A stretch of 64,000 nt of DNA from Selaginella moellendorffii (GCF_000143415.4 NW_003314284.1:1098693-1162692); one strand, 5' to 3'. Shown: positions 11,125 to 23,159, counted from the stretch's first letter. The notes: generated by a model not told the origin, from the letters alone. Numbers and translations are program-made.

Positions 11125-13512
11125 CTTATCTTGGGTACCGTATTTCTCGTAAGGGTTTGCAAGTTGATCCTAACAAACTTATGGTTGTTTTAAAGTTCTC
11201 TACTCCGAAGTGTATGAATGATGTGCAACACTTCTTGGGCAAAGTGTAATATGTTAATTGTTTTGTGGATCATCTTTTTAATCACACTGCACCATTGTGA
11301 ATGTTGCTGAAATCATTAGCGTTATTTTTCATTTGGTCTTCGGATTGTGAGTTAGCATTCATGGATCTTAAAGAGCTATTGACGACTTCTCCAGTTTTGG
11401 CATATCCTGATTACATTCAACTTTTTATTTTACGCATGGATGTTTTTGATATTAGTCTTGGAAGTGTGTTAATGCAAGAAAGCCCAAGTGTGCCTGGTTA
11501 ATGCCATTCCATTTTGTATATAAGCCATACATTACAACCAGCGGAAATGAACTACTCTACGACAGAGAATAAGTATTTAGCAGCAGTTTGGGGTTTCAAG
11601 AAACTTCATGCATATCTATATGGTTTTTGGACTTTACTTGAAGGTGATCATACTGCCGTTACTTCATTATTGAAGCGAAAGAACCTGGTTGATCATACTG
11701 CTTGGTGGGTTTTGAAGCTTTAGATATATGATTTTGAGGTTGTTCATCGCCCTAAAAGTTCTATGGCTGATGCTAATGTTTTTTCACGAGCTCCTCTTCC
11801 TTCTCCACTCTCTTCTCATGTTTCTAACAAGCCTATTGTTCTAGCATCTGTGGATTTTCCAGACGAGGATTCTGTGCCGTCAACGGTTGCTATACTTGAC
11901 ATTTAGTGTCTACAAAGTGCAGAGCAAGATCTTCCTTCTGTTGATGAGGTTCACGAGGCTCAAAAGATCGAGTTATGGATTCAAAGGCTTCGAGATGGGT
12001 TTGAGAATCTTGCATCACTTGCTGATGACTTGCCATTCCAGCATTTACATTCTCAATATCGCCTTGAAGATGACCTTATTTATTTTGTGAGGATGGATCT
12101 TGATAATCCTTTATGGTTGGTGGTGCCTTTTGTCTTTATTCCACGGTTTCTCCATGCCTATCATGATTCTTCTATTCTATATGGGCATATGGGACAATGT
12201 CGTGTGACCAAAAAGCTGCACAAGTCTTTCTATTGGCTGGAGATGTGACATGATATTATCCAATATATCCAGTATATGCGTAGTTGCATTTGGTGCCAAG
12301 CTCGTAGTACTCCCCCTCGTGCCGCGGAAGGATGGTTGGAGTTAATTGCAGTTTCCTGTCCATTTAAGTTGGTGGCATTTGAACTTATGGGACCTTTTCC
12401 ACGATCAACTGCTAGCAAATAAATATGTTATTATTACTTCTAATTATTTGACTTGTTAGGTGGAAGTTAGTGCTCTTGCTAGCGCCTTTGCAACTATTGT
12501 TGAATACTTCCTCCTCAATTGAGTGGTGTTCTAGGATTCTTGTCTAGAGCGAATTCTTTCGGATAATAGTCCCATGTTTATGGTTGAGGCATTTTATGTT
12601 TTGATATCTTGGTTGGGGATACGCCGCACTTTCACAAGTGCTTATCATCCATAGTCAGACGGTTTGGTGGAATGGCTCGTTTGGACATTCAAAGGAATGA
12701 TTGCGAAGTATGTGAATTTTCAGCATTTGGATTAGGATGGTTATTTGCCATCTCTTCGGTATGCATATGTCATAGGGGTACAGAGTTTTGTTGGTGCTTC
12801 ACCATATAAACTTCTATATGGTCATAATCCAATATTACCAACGGAGTTGGGTTTACTTTCGCGATTACCACAAGCAACCAATGCTAGGTTGTGGGATCAG
12901 TATTTGATAAGCATTTTTCCACTTGTCCGAGTAGAGTCTGCTGAACACTTAGGCCGTATACAAGTGGGACAACAATGGCATTACAATTCCTATCATTGTC
13001 TACCTGCAGAGTACAAAGTGGATGATTTGGTGTTAGTCCGTTTTCCCCATCTTATGGTATGTGGTTTATCTAAGGGGCTCCTTGCTAAGTGGAAAGGACC
13101 GTATCAGGTGTTATGGCAAGTTGGACTGCAAGTTTAAGAGGTTCGGCATGACATCTAGCAGGCCGATCCTCCAGAAATTGTACATGTGCAGCAGTTGAAA
13201 TGCTTCATATTAGGGATCAGGAACAACTGATACCACCTATAGATGTGCTGATGCCTCCTCCTAACATTCCTCCAAATCTCAAGCCATCTACAAGAGAACT
13301 CTAATGCTCTTCCATTATTCCAAGAGGAAGGGATGATGTGAGGTCCGAGTGTACGGCTACGATGCTATATTTTAATATTAGCATAGTGGGATTTTAGTAG
13401 TTGTTAGATTGGTTTTAATCCAGACCACTTGCTTTTGTATATAAGCTAAGGTTTTTGGGCTAATTGATATGCACATTTTCTGTATTCTCTTTCCATATTC
13501 CATGCACTCACA
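11125..13512 (+). mobile_element. Ty3/gypsy LTR-retrotransposon 3' part (RT C-terminus, RNase H, integrase with GPY/F, PPT, 3' LTR), degenerate
   Basis: YLGYRISRKGLQVDP..LTTSPVLAYPD, NYSTTENKYLAAVW and KWKGPYQVL. PPT aagaggaagggatga (13322-13336) precedes the LTR at 13337-13512 (TGTGAG..CTCACA). No gag or PBS is seen. Confidence 0.92.
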
Positions 13513-16500
13513 ATATGTATATTTGTTATTTGATTTTTATTTTTTTTGCCTTCTACTCTTTCCTAACCTTTTTTATTTCATGGCATGAGCTACCTTTTTA
13601 TGTTCTTTAAAGAGGAGAATTTTGCTTTTTTTTTGTTGGTAAAGCTTTTTTATCAGTTTTGGTGTTGAATATTCCTCTATTTCAAGAGTTGATTCACTTT
13701 TGCTAAAGTTTTAGATTGACTGTATATCTTTGGTTATAAATACTATTGACAATCTTTATTTTATTGTTAATATTGAGAAATTTATATGTTCCTTTATGAG
13801 GATGGACTTTTTTTATTAATTTTCTTATCTCAAGTATTGAGTTGTATGTTAAAGAGTTTGATTAGTATGAATTTATTATTTATCTTATGGTGGCTAAAGT
13901 ATTTTCTAATAAAAGGTAATTTATTCTCTTTTTATATCCTTATTTTTGCTTTAAACAATTGCTAAAAATCTTTTTTTGATGCTTCTTTATCCACTTCTCC
14001 CACAATGTGTCTTTATAATTTTTCTCATTATCTCCTCTTTGTCCAAATATTTTGAACTCTTTTTTCTTCAAAGGAGAGGTAAAAGGACAAATATGAGTTT
14101 GGCTCTGATGATGAAATAAGGACAAATGAATTCAATAGTGAAATAAGGAGGAATGATGTGCATCATAAAGTGAAGATGGGTATAACAAGTTTAAATAGAA
14201 CTAATGCTTCAAAAAAATATTTCTTTTGAAGAGGGGATAAGGAAAATGTAGAAGAAGAACAAAGTGAATATTGTGTTAGACGAGGACAAAGGTCATAAGT
14301 TTGAGTTAATATAACACTTGAAGGTTGATCGAAGAGAAGATGTAAATGTAAGTTTTGCTGATAGTTATAATTTGGAGTTAATAATGGTCTTGAAAGATGG
14401 CCAATAGGCAAACTTAGAGATAGGATGTCTCATTTGTTGCAATAGTGTTTTATGGCTAAGTTAGTGATTTAGTAGGAGTTTCAGTTTCTTCTAGCAATAT
14501 ATAACTATCCAGTAGAAACTTTAGATATTCCATCTAATTTATTTTCATCACTTTTTCATCTTCCAAAGGGGAAGTATTAAAAATGTGATTACAGATATCA
14601 AAAATTACCTATTTGTGAGTCCTTTCAAATATTTTTATCTTCCTACCACTAGCAAGAGGCTGATATTGTTGGTTTTATTTATTAGTCTCTACCAAAACTA
14701 CTTGAAAAACTAGTCACTATGTGTGCACTTATCCTAGATAAATATAAAGTAGAAATTTTTATGTATTTCTTGGTGAGTATACTCAACCTAGAATGAGAAA
14801 TTTATATATTGGGTTGCACTTACTAGTGTTAGAAACCCTTATGATATTGAGTTTAGTCTTTTAATATTAGATGATGATTTACTATCTCTGTCAAGACACT
14901 CTCACTATCATTCCCCATATATTGCTTTCGTTCTGTCTCTTTGCTATTTATGAAATTACATTTGTTAGTAAAGCATATTTACAAAATGTAGAAATTATCT
15001 TGAACACAATAGTGTTATTTTCACATCTAAATTCACAACTTAACACCATTCTATATTTAATAAATTTTAGTGATTATTCTAGAGATTAATTCTTGGGACT
15101 AGGTGAAAGCCCAAAATGTGCTTTTATATATGCTTTCATATAAAGGGTTTTAAATGTATAATAGGAATAATAGGTAAGTTGGGTATAACAAACCAACTTG
15201 AGACATAATCTTGCTCCCCACTAAGTGTATATATCTTTATTTTCATTCAACTTAAATTTAAGGCTAAACTTCATACCATGTTAGCTAATAGAATACTTAT
15301 ATCTTTGCAATATGCTATCAGTATGCTTAAATAGTACTAAATTCTATATAGCTCTATTTTACATGCATTAAGACTATTCTATTATCACTCCATGCTTTTA
15401 TTCATTTGCTTTTTGATTATATGTTTGAGAGTTTGGCTCCATCCCTTTGTTAGCAGTCCAAAGTTTTGAAACTTAAGTCCCACTCCATTGCTCTTAGCAC
15501 ACATATCTAAGGGTAAATTTTACTTTGTGAAGGTAAATCACTATAAAACATAAGGTAAAAACCATGTGCTAGTGTAAAGTATATAAATATATGTATCAAT
15601 ATATATGTATTGCCTTTTCTAGGTAATATGTTAATTATAGTACTATAACATATTAGTTGAATCCAATCCATAAAATAGGGGTCTAAACCATAATTAAGAT
15701 ATCTATTCATTTTTTTATTTGCATTATTTTCTCGTTCTCAATATGAATTATTCCCCCACTATCCCTATTATATATTTAGCAAAAATAATATCCATAAGAC
15801 ACCACTATCCCTATTATATTTTTAGCAAACATAAGTTGCTAGCTAAGCTCAAAGTTGATTTGTCCTTTGTCTAGGCTTGTCAAAGAACACTTCTTCTAGT
15901 CAAGCAAATAAAAAAGAATAACTATATTGACAAATCTCAACTCCTTAATATTAATATTACTATTGCTATTACTATTAGTAATATTACTAGTAAAGGAGAA
16001 TTAAGAGGATTAACAAAAGAAATAATGAGGAGAATATTTGAAAGAACATGTTGATATGTAACTTTCAATATTCAAGACAACTACATAGAAGATATAATTA
16101 CCTTAAAACTCAATTATCACAATGTATATGAGAAATTGCCATACAAAGTCATTATGCTCGTAGAGAGCAACTGAGCTATGTTTGCAAGAGATCAAGGAAG
16201 CATCACTAAGATGACCTATAAAATTTTCCACACCACATAACTTGAGTGACAAGTTTGTTCAATACACTTTCTGGAGATACACTCATTGAACAGCACTACT
16301 GGATTGCAGCCTTAGAGTTCTAAATACTATGGTATCAAATCAGTCATTGGCAAGGATCAAGCGTCCAAATCTTAGCAATTCAATCACGTTGTCTAGTAAT
16401 TCAATGGAAAGAGAGTTTTCATCTAAAACAAGCTCCTCAAATCAAAGCCCCCTAAAGATTAAAAAAAGGTTTATCGAACTCCCACCCAGCTGGACGATTT
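13513..16500. other. AT-rich, CpG-depleted non-genic DNA (probably old repeat debris)
   Basis: Composition differs sharply from the flanking genes, there are no credible ORFs, and a ~28-bp direct repeat (ccactatccctattatat.tttagcaaa) lies near 15756-15830. Confidence 0.5.
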
Positions 16501-16814
16501 CTAGGATGTAAAATACACAAGCAAACCGCTCTTATGCCTTATAATTTTTCAAAGCTGGAGCATATTCCACTCCGTGGGGTGGCATCTTTCCCTGGCGGTG
16601 GAGTACCGTGTCAGGGGCTGTGCGGCAGGATACCCGCGCGTCACTGTGGACGGCATTTCCGGCATGCAGCCAGCGGGGATCACATGTGGCGCCGCCGGCG
16701 GTTCCATGCGCGTCGCCGTTGTCCGCCATAGCCAACCTCCCCTCTTAAGCTACTGATGCTCTAACGCACGCACCTAGGGTCTTCCTCTCTACTCGATCCA
16801 TCTCTTCCAAGTCC

Positions 16815-17931
16815 ATGGGAGAAGCGGTAAGAAAAATCCCTCGCAATTCCCCAAATTTCCTCTTTTCTTGACATGCCCCGATCTTCCTAGGTCATCGCAG
16901 CTCCCGGAGGAGAATCCACTACTGTGTCTGATGAGCACGAGCAGCAGCTGGGCGGTGACGCTGGAGCTGCGGCGGCGGACGAATTGGGTCACAATGGATC
17001 GGCGGCGGCGGCGGGAGCGGCGCCAGGAGGCGGTGGCGTTGGCGGAGGAGCTAGCGGCGGCGGCGGCGGCGGCGGCGGTGGAGGAGGAGATCTATGGCCG
17101 ACGGCGGTGGTGAACAGCCTCATCGACCAGTTCGAGGACATCAAGGTCATCAAGCTCAACATGGGTAACCTCCGCAGCCAGCACTGGCGCGAGATCGCCG
17201 ACACCTTGAATTCCACCTTCCAGACGAGCTACGATTGGAAGCAGTGCAAGAACAAGGTGGATCTTCTCATCCGCCTCTACAAGAAGTCAAAGCTCCGGAT
17301 GATCCAGGCGGACGTCCCCCCGACCTGGCGCTTCTTCGACCGCATGGACTCCATCCTGGGCAGGACTTTCAAGCTCTCCTCCGCCGCGCTCGCCACCGGG
17401 AACTCCAATTCCAAGAGGATCGCCGCCGCCATCCACAGCAACAACGCGGACGCCGCCACCACCGCCAGGAACTGCTCGTCGCCCACCAACCTGGACCCCG
17501 ACGACGACGACGACGATGACGACGAGCCACCCGGCCATGGAGGCGCTTGCGGCGGCACTGACGGTGGCGACGCTGGAGAAGAAGGTGGCGGCGATGAGGA
17601 CGACGACCAGCAGCACACGACCGTCTCGTCGCCCAGGACGACGAGCGAGCGGGCCGACGAGATCGACTTCCGGGCTGTAGCGGCGGCGGCGTCGGTGAGG
17701 AAGAAGAGCAAGAAGTCGGGCAGGAGCTCCACGTCGTCGGCCATCAACCTGCTGGTGGGAGCTCTCAATCACTACACGCAGGCGTTCGAGCGGTGCAAGC
17801 AGCTCGAGGTGGAGGCGCAGCTCAAGATGAGCCAGGAGAGCCGGGCCTTCCAGCTCCAGATCGCCGAGATGCAGCTCGAGGTGACCAAAGAGATCGTCCG
17901 GGTCATCGGTAAGAGGCGGCGAGGCTGCTGA
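16815..17931 (+). CDS. Trihelix (Myb/SANT-like, ASIL/SIP1-type) transcription factor; join(16815..16826,16891..17931)
   Basis: WPTAVVNSLID..GNLRSQHWREIA..WKQCKNKVDLL..YKK..WRFFDRMDSIL plus a C-terminal coiled coil. The ORF-track start is a GTG. A 12-nt first exon (ATG GGA GAA GCG|gtaag...cctag|GTC) restores an in-frame ATG. Confidence 0.9.
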
Positions 17932-18236
17932 TGCCATGATCTGGTGGATGATCTCCTCATTTATCTGTATAATTCTGCTCCCTTGTCTGTAATACCATTG
18001 TTCCTGACTTCCATTCTCCGCTGCGTTCGTTCTTCTCTCCCCTGTCGTTCTTGTCTTCCCAGTGACTCCAAAGTTGTAGCTTTCGTTCTTCCTGCAGCCC
18101 TTCCCTGATTCCAAAGTTCGAGCTTTCATAGCTTTCATTCTTCCTGCTTCGATGATCATCAGCCCATCCCTTCCCTGACTCCAAAGTTTTCTTTTCGATG
18201 ACCAGCACCTCCATCAGCCGGTCCCATCCTATCCCT

Positions 18237-20798
18237 CTAGCTGCTTCCAAATTCCTGGCACAACCTGGGAACCTGTTTTCCTGTAGCCGCTTCCAGAACT
18301 CTGGCACGCTCCTCCCACAGACCGCAGCTTCCATAGATGTTGGCCATGAGCAAGTAAGCCGCGCTTTCGTTCTCATCCAGCCGGACCAACGCGTCAAACG
18401 CCAGCTTTCCTACCTCCACATTCTTCCACTTCCAGCAGGCTGACAGTACCGACGTCCACAGCACCGTGTTGGGCTGGAACGGCATCCCCTCCACCATCGC
18501 CAGCGCTTGCGACAGGTGATTCGAGCGGGCCAGCATGTCCACCATGCACACGTAGTGCTCCAGCCCCGGCCTCACTCCAAACTTGGCCGCCATCGCGCTG
18601 AAGTAGCTCTGTCCGTTGCGCACCAGCCCTGCTCGGCTGCAAGCCGTGAGGAGGCTGACGAAGGTCACCGCGTTTGCGTCGCAGCCCTCGTCTTCCATGG
18701 CGTGGAAGAGATCGAACACCGCGCTGCTGTCTCCCTGGTGACTGTACCCGGCGATCAGTGCCGTGAAGTTCACAGAGTCTCTGCTCTGGAGCGAGTCGAA
18801 GGCGTGCTGAGCAGCGTCCATGCTCCCGCACTTTGCATAGAAATCCACTACGCCGTTTGGTACCAGTGAATCCCGTCCGAAGTCTACCCTGCACGCTTCT
18901 GCATGGATCCGTCTACCGGGTTCCAGAGCTGCTATACTTCCGCAGGCCTTGAGAGCTGCTGCAAACGCTAGTGCGTCTCTCGACTCCATAGCCCAGAAGA
19001 TTTCCAGCGCAAGCTCTCCGTCTCCACTCTCGGCATACCCCTGCATGAGAGCTGTTTTGGAGACCGCATCGCAACCAGGTATCCCGTCCAAGAGCCTGCG
19101 TGCGTCTTCCAGGCTGCCACACTTTGCGTACATGTCCACCAGCGAATTCCTGACGAAGGTGTTGGCGTCCCAGCCGGAATTTCTAGCTTGATCGTGAACT
19201 GCCCTGCCTTTTTCCAGCGACACCACCTTCACGAGCTTGCCATCGGGTTGCTGTTTGCCAAGCTCTTCAGCACCCAGAGCCGTGCATGCCTTGATCGCCG
19301 CCACAAAACTTAGAGCGTCCGGCGCACAGGTGGAAGTTCTCATTTCTGAAAAGAGCGCCAGAGCTCCCTCCGCCTCGTTGCTCTCAACGTACCCCTGTAT
19401 CAGTGCGTTCCAGGAGACCTCATTCCGGCGAAGCATTGCATCGAACACCTTGCGAGCATCTGTTAAGCTCCCACATTTCGCGTACAGGTCCACCAGCGTG
19501 CTTGCTAGATAGATATCACCGTCGCAGCCAAGCTCCAAAGCTTGCCTGTGGATGGCTACACCTTTCTCCAAGCAGCCAAGCTTCACCACCTTCCCGTTCA
19601 GGCTTCTCCCTTCTTCTTTTGCTGCTAGGCTGGTGCAAGCCTTGAGCACCGCCACAAACGTCCTGGAGTTGGGTGTAAAGCCCTGTGAATTCATACTCTC
19701 GAAAACCTCCAAAGCCACCTCGGCTTCCTTGTTGTCCGCGTAGCCCAGCATCAAAATGTTCCACAGCGCCACATCCAGGGGCGAAAACTTCTCGAAGACG
19801 CGACGAGCAGCCACCATGATCCCACACTTCGCATACATGTCGACCAAAGCACCGGCCACTTTAGCGTTTCTGTCGTGACCGCTCGCGGTAGCTTGGGTGT
19901 GAAGATCACTGGCTCTCTCCAGAGCCGCCACCTTGAGAAGCCTCCCATCAACGTTTCTCCCCTTCTCCTTGGCCGCCAGATTCGTGCAAGCTTTGATCGC
20001 CGCCACGAAAGTCAGGTGATTTTGCGGAGCATCCTCAATCGATGCCATGCACGAGAAGAGTCTCAAAGCGAGCTCTCCCTCTTCATTCTCGGCATAGCCC
20101 AGCAGCAGCGCATTCCAGGACACCACGTCCCAGCTCTCCATCCTGTCAAAGACCTTGCGAGCATCGGTTATGCTCCCGCAGTTGGCATACATATCCACCA
20201 GAGTGTTCGCGACGTAGTTGAAAGCATCGCATCCAGCCTTGATAGCTTGAGAGTGTGTCGCCATGCCGATTTCCAGGATCCCGAGCTTGCTGGATTCGCT
20301 GCTCGCTGCCATGGTGCTGCAAGCCTTGAGAGCCGCCACGAAAGTCCGGCGATCCGGCTCAGCTTCCATGCCCCGGAACAAATCCAATGCCAGTGCCGCC
20401 TCCTTCACCCCGTGCTGTGCGTAGCCGAGAATCAAAGCGTTCCAGGACACCACGCTGTGGCACGGCATCCGGTCGAAAACGCCGCGGGCCTCCGCCAGGC
20501 TTCCACAGCTCGCGAACATGTCCACGGCCGTGTTGGCCACGTACACATTGGCGAAATGCCCAGTGTGAAGGGCGCGGGCATGGATCGCCCGGGCGATGTC
20601 GAGATCCCTGGCGCTGCTGCATGCCTTCAATGCGGTGAGAAGCTCCTGTGTGCGCGATCCTCCCTCCTGGTCCTGGAAATCCTCTACCTCGAAGTGATTT
20701 CCCAGATATCTTCGATAATCCCAGCCATACGCGCAATGCCGCCCCGGATTCCGCCGCAAGTGCTCTGATCTAAGGAGACAGTGCCAGAAATGACACAT
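18237..20798 (-). CDS. PLS-class PPR protein with E domain, no DYW
   Basis: Single exon with P-L-S triplets (SWNALI.GY / TFVAALKAC / LVDMYAKCGS). Terminal region EHYVCMVDMLARS..MPFQPNTVLWTSVLSAC..YLLMANIY. First in-frame ATG is at 20798. Confidence 0.95.
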   Translation of the reverse strand: MCHFWHCLLRSEHLRRNPGRHCAYGWDYRRYLGNHFEVEDFQDQEGGSRTQELLTALKACSSARDLDIARAIHARALHTGHFANVYVANTAVDMFASCGSLAEARGVFDRMPCHSVVSWNALILGYAQHGVKEAALALDLFRGMEAEPDRRTFVAALKACSTMAASSESSKLGILEIGMATHSQAIKAGCDAFNYVANTLVDMYANCGSITDARKVFDRMESWDVVSWNALLLGYAENEEGELALRLFSCMASIEDAPQNHLTFVAAIKACTNLAAKEKGRNVDGRLLKVAALERASDLHTQATASGHDRNAKVAGALVDMYAKCGIMVAARRVFEKFSPLDVALWNILMLGYADNKEAEVALEVFESMNSQGFTPNSRTFVAVLKACTSLAAKEEGRSLNGKVVKLGCLEKGVAIHRQALELGCDGDIYLASTLVDLYAKCGSLTDARKVFDAMLRRNEVSWNALIQGYVESNEAEGALALFSEMRTSTCAPDALSFVAAIKACTALGAEELGKQQPDGKLVKVVSLEKGRAVHDQARNSGWDANTFVRNSLVDMYAKCGSLEDARRLLDGIPGCDAVSKTALMQGYAESGDGELALEIFWAMESRDALAFAAALKACGSIAALEPGRRIHAEACRVDFGRDSLVPNGVVDFYAKCGSMDAAQHAFDSLQSRDSVNFTALIAGYSHQGDSSAVFDLFHAMEDEGCDANAVTFVSLLTACSRAGLVRNGQSYFSAMAAKFGVRPGLEHYVCMVDMLARSNHLSQALAMVEGMPFQPNTVLWTSVLSACWKWKNVEVGKLAFDALVRLDENESAAYLLMANIYGSCGLWEERARVLEAATGKQVPRLCQEFGSS

Positions 20799-20965
20799 AC
20801 ATGATGAATCGCTCGCGCGCCAGGGCCGCGTTCTCTCAAGAACCCTAGAAGCGAGTTCCAAGAACCCTAAAGTTTTATTTCACCAAAAAGAATGGGGGAA
20901 GAAAGGGGGGGAAAGGAAGAAATCCACATCAAATCTCTCCACTCTTCCCCGCTGCCGCCGCCGAT

Positions 20966-21619
20966 CTAGAAGTCGAAATTCCACACCTTCTCCATGAGCA
21001 CCCGGACGTTCTTCGGTTCTTGGAGCGGCACATTGGCGGAGATCTTGCAAGCGCCGCTGCCATTCTCGGGATCCCTGCTCCACGCCAATCCCACCGTCTT
21101 CACCATATGATCGTAGGTCGCCTTGACGTTGTGATTGCCGGGGAACTTGTGCGCGATCCCCAGATTCCAGGCCCGGCTGGGAAACTCCACCCCCGGCTCG
21201 ATGCTCGTGTGGCCATTGTGGACGTAGCACATCTTGACATGGCCCTTGTTGGTGGGGAAGATCATCCGGCCGTGGAGCTTGTTGGCGGGATTGGCGATGA
21301 GAATCCCATCCACGACGAGCGCGTCTCGGGTCTTGGGCTGGTGCGTGTAGGAGACCTGGACATCCTTGTTGAGCAGCCGGCCGACGCCCGAGAATTGGAA
21401 GCGCGGCACTGCTTCGTGGACATCGTACTCGAGGACGAACGATCCGGGCTTCTCCACCCCGACCGTGAGCCCCTTGAGCCCCGCGCTGCGCACGAAGGTC
21501 CGATCGGAGCAGGAGGCCCGCAATTGGAGATCGTCCACGCCCAGCCTCACCGATGCCGCCACCACCTGTCCGCCGCCCGAGTCATACTTGGTGAGAACGC
21601 TCGCCCTCGCCTTCTTCAT
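20966..21619 (-). CDS. OEP24: Chloroplast outer envelope pore protein 24
   Basis: 217-aa beta-strand-rich single exon with LRASCSDRTFV..LKGLTVGVEKPGSFVLEYDV...RFQF and a C-terminal EKVWNFDF. Confidence 0.85.
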   Translation of the reverse strand: MKKARASVLTKYDSGGGQVVAASVRLGVDDLQLRASCSDRTFVRSAGLKGLTVGVEKPGSFVLEYDVHEAVPRFQFSGVGRLLNKDVQVSYTHQPKTRDALVVDGILIANPANKLHGRMIFPTNKGHVKMCYVHNGHTSIEPGVEFPSRAWNLGIAHKFPGNHNVKATYDHMVKTVGLAWSRDPENGSGACKISANVPLQEPKNVRVLMEKVWNFDF

Positions 21620-21966
21620 CCCAGATCACACCCGCGATCGATCAATCCACGCGACGATCCAGTCGGCAGCGATGATCTAGATCTTCCTCCTGCCGCGGCT
21701 AGGGATTGGAGAGGTAGCGCTGCTGGTGGCGATGGCGACGATGCCGATTGCTGGGAATCGGCGGCAATGCCCAGGCTGCTTTTCCTCATCCCACCCGGGC
21801 AGGCATCGGTTAGGGCTCCCCACGCCCCAAGCCATAGTTTAAATTACAGCCGTCCACGTGTCTAGCGATTCGCAATCTACAAAAGCATATTCCTTTTCCC
21901 CTTAAACGTAGACCAGTCTTTTAAAGGTCAAAATTAAAGGCACTAAAACTAAAGAGAAGGGAGCTT

Positions 21967-22541
21967 TTAGATGAAGAGCCTTTCGTTGAGCGCGAAGTCG
22001 AGCATGAGCTTGGCCTTGATCTTGGACTCCACGGCCTGAGCCTTGGCGATGGCGAGCTCCTCCCTGAGCTCCGCGACCCTGGCCCTCTCCTGATCCAGCT
22101 CCGCCTTGAAGCGCTCCATCCGGGCGGAGCTATCCTGTGCCAGGGCCTGGAGCTCCATGCGCAGCTCCCGCGTCGCCTGCGCCGAGGCCTCCGCCCTCGC
22201 CTGCTTCACCGCCTCCTCCAATGCGGGCCTCGTGTGCTGCCGGATGCTCTCCTCCACGGCCAGCCACACCGGCGAGCTCTCGGCGTCCTCCACTGCGCGG
22301 ATTGGGGAAACCATTGTTAGCAGCACGCGAGGAGGGATTGGTCGATCGATCGCGGATGGGGAAAACATTGCTAGCAGCGGGATTGATCGATCGAACACTC
22401 ACCTTCGGCCGGATCGGGGCCGGGAGGGGCATCGCCGAGATACGCATTGACTCGCATCAGCAAAGAGTCCTCTTCGTCGTTCGGCTCCGCGGGAGGGGCG
22501 TTCTCCACCTCGCCGTGCTGGTCGTCGCTCCTATTGGCCAT
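21967..22541 (-). CDS. Uncharacterised small coiled-coil protein (2 exons)
   Basis: ATG at 22541 follows a telo-box-like motif (aaccctaa at 22561). An in-frame splice GAAG|gtgagt...cgcag|TGGAG joins an acidic exon to a heptad-rich exon (LEEAVKQARAEASAQATRELRMEL..). Confidence 0.6.
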
Positions 22542-22636
22542 TTCTCCTCTCCCCCCCAGGAACCCTAAAACCTTTAGTTTTAACAGTGCCATGCTTCCTC
22601 GTATAAAAGGTTTTTGTTTGAAAAGAATACTGTCAG

Positions 22637-22721
22637 GGGGTGGTGGCGCAGTTGGCTAGCGCGTAGGTCTCATAGCTTCTGAGTTATCCTGAGGTCGAGA
22701 GTTCGAGCCTCTCTCACCCCA
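22637..22721 (+). tRNA. tRNA-Met(CAT), elongator, with 11-nt intron (22675-22685)
   Basis: GGGGTGGTGGCGCAGTTGGCTAGCGCGTAGGTCTCATA[gcttctgagtt]ATCCTGAGGTCGAGAGTTCGAGCCTCTCTCACCCCA, followed by an oligo-T Pol III terminator. Confidence 0.97.
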
Positions 22722-23159
22722 ACGGCTTATTTTTTGCCCTTTTTTAAAAAGAGCATGAAAAACATGGGCATATGATGAAAATCCCCGACAGCCAATCAGC
22801 GTATTCTTTTTGCCACGTGGACCACGTCATTGCCTGCTTGTTTGCCGCTCGCCTCTCTCTCTCAAGCTTCCACTGAGAGACACGCATTCTCTAGTCTGGC
22901 ATTGCCAGGATAAAGAAGCTCTTCTTTAGTGCTCCTCATCAATCGCGCTATAGGGCTGCAAAGCATCGAAATATTTCGCGATCCCCTGATTTTCGGAGCT
23001 TCTAGGGCATAGATCGCTGCTCCAATCAAGTCTTGGAAAGACTTTTGCGGCATTGCTCGCTCTTCTCTCCAGCGCTAGGGTTTTACAGGCGAGGAGCCAT
23101 CACAATGCGGGCGCTATCGATAATCTGTGGCGCGCCATAGCGGTTAGTCTGGCAGGGGC

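Noticed and set aside
9089-13512. Interpretation as a DIRS or TIR DNA transposon because of the terminal inverted repeats
   Set aside because: The termini are PPT-preceded gypsy LTRs and both arms encode DDE integrase. No tyrosine recombinase or transposase is present.
18060-18190. Short imperfect repeats (ccctgactccaaagtt) between the convergent trihelix and PPR stops; similar intronic repeat at ~40845-40910
   Set aside because: Local slippage duplications with no evident function.
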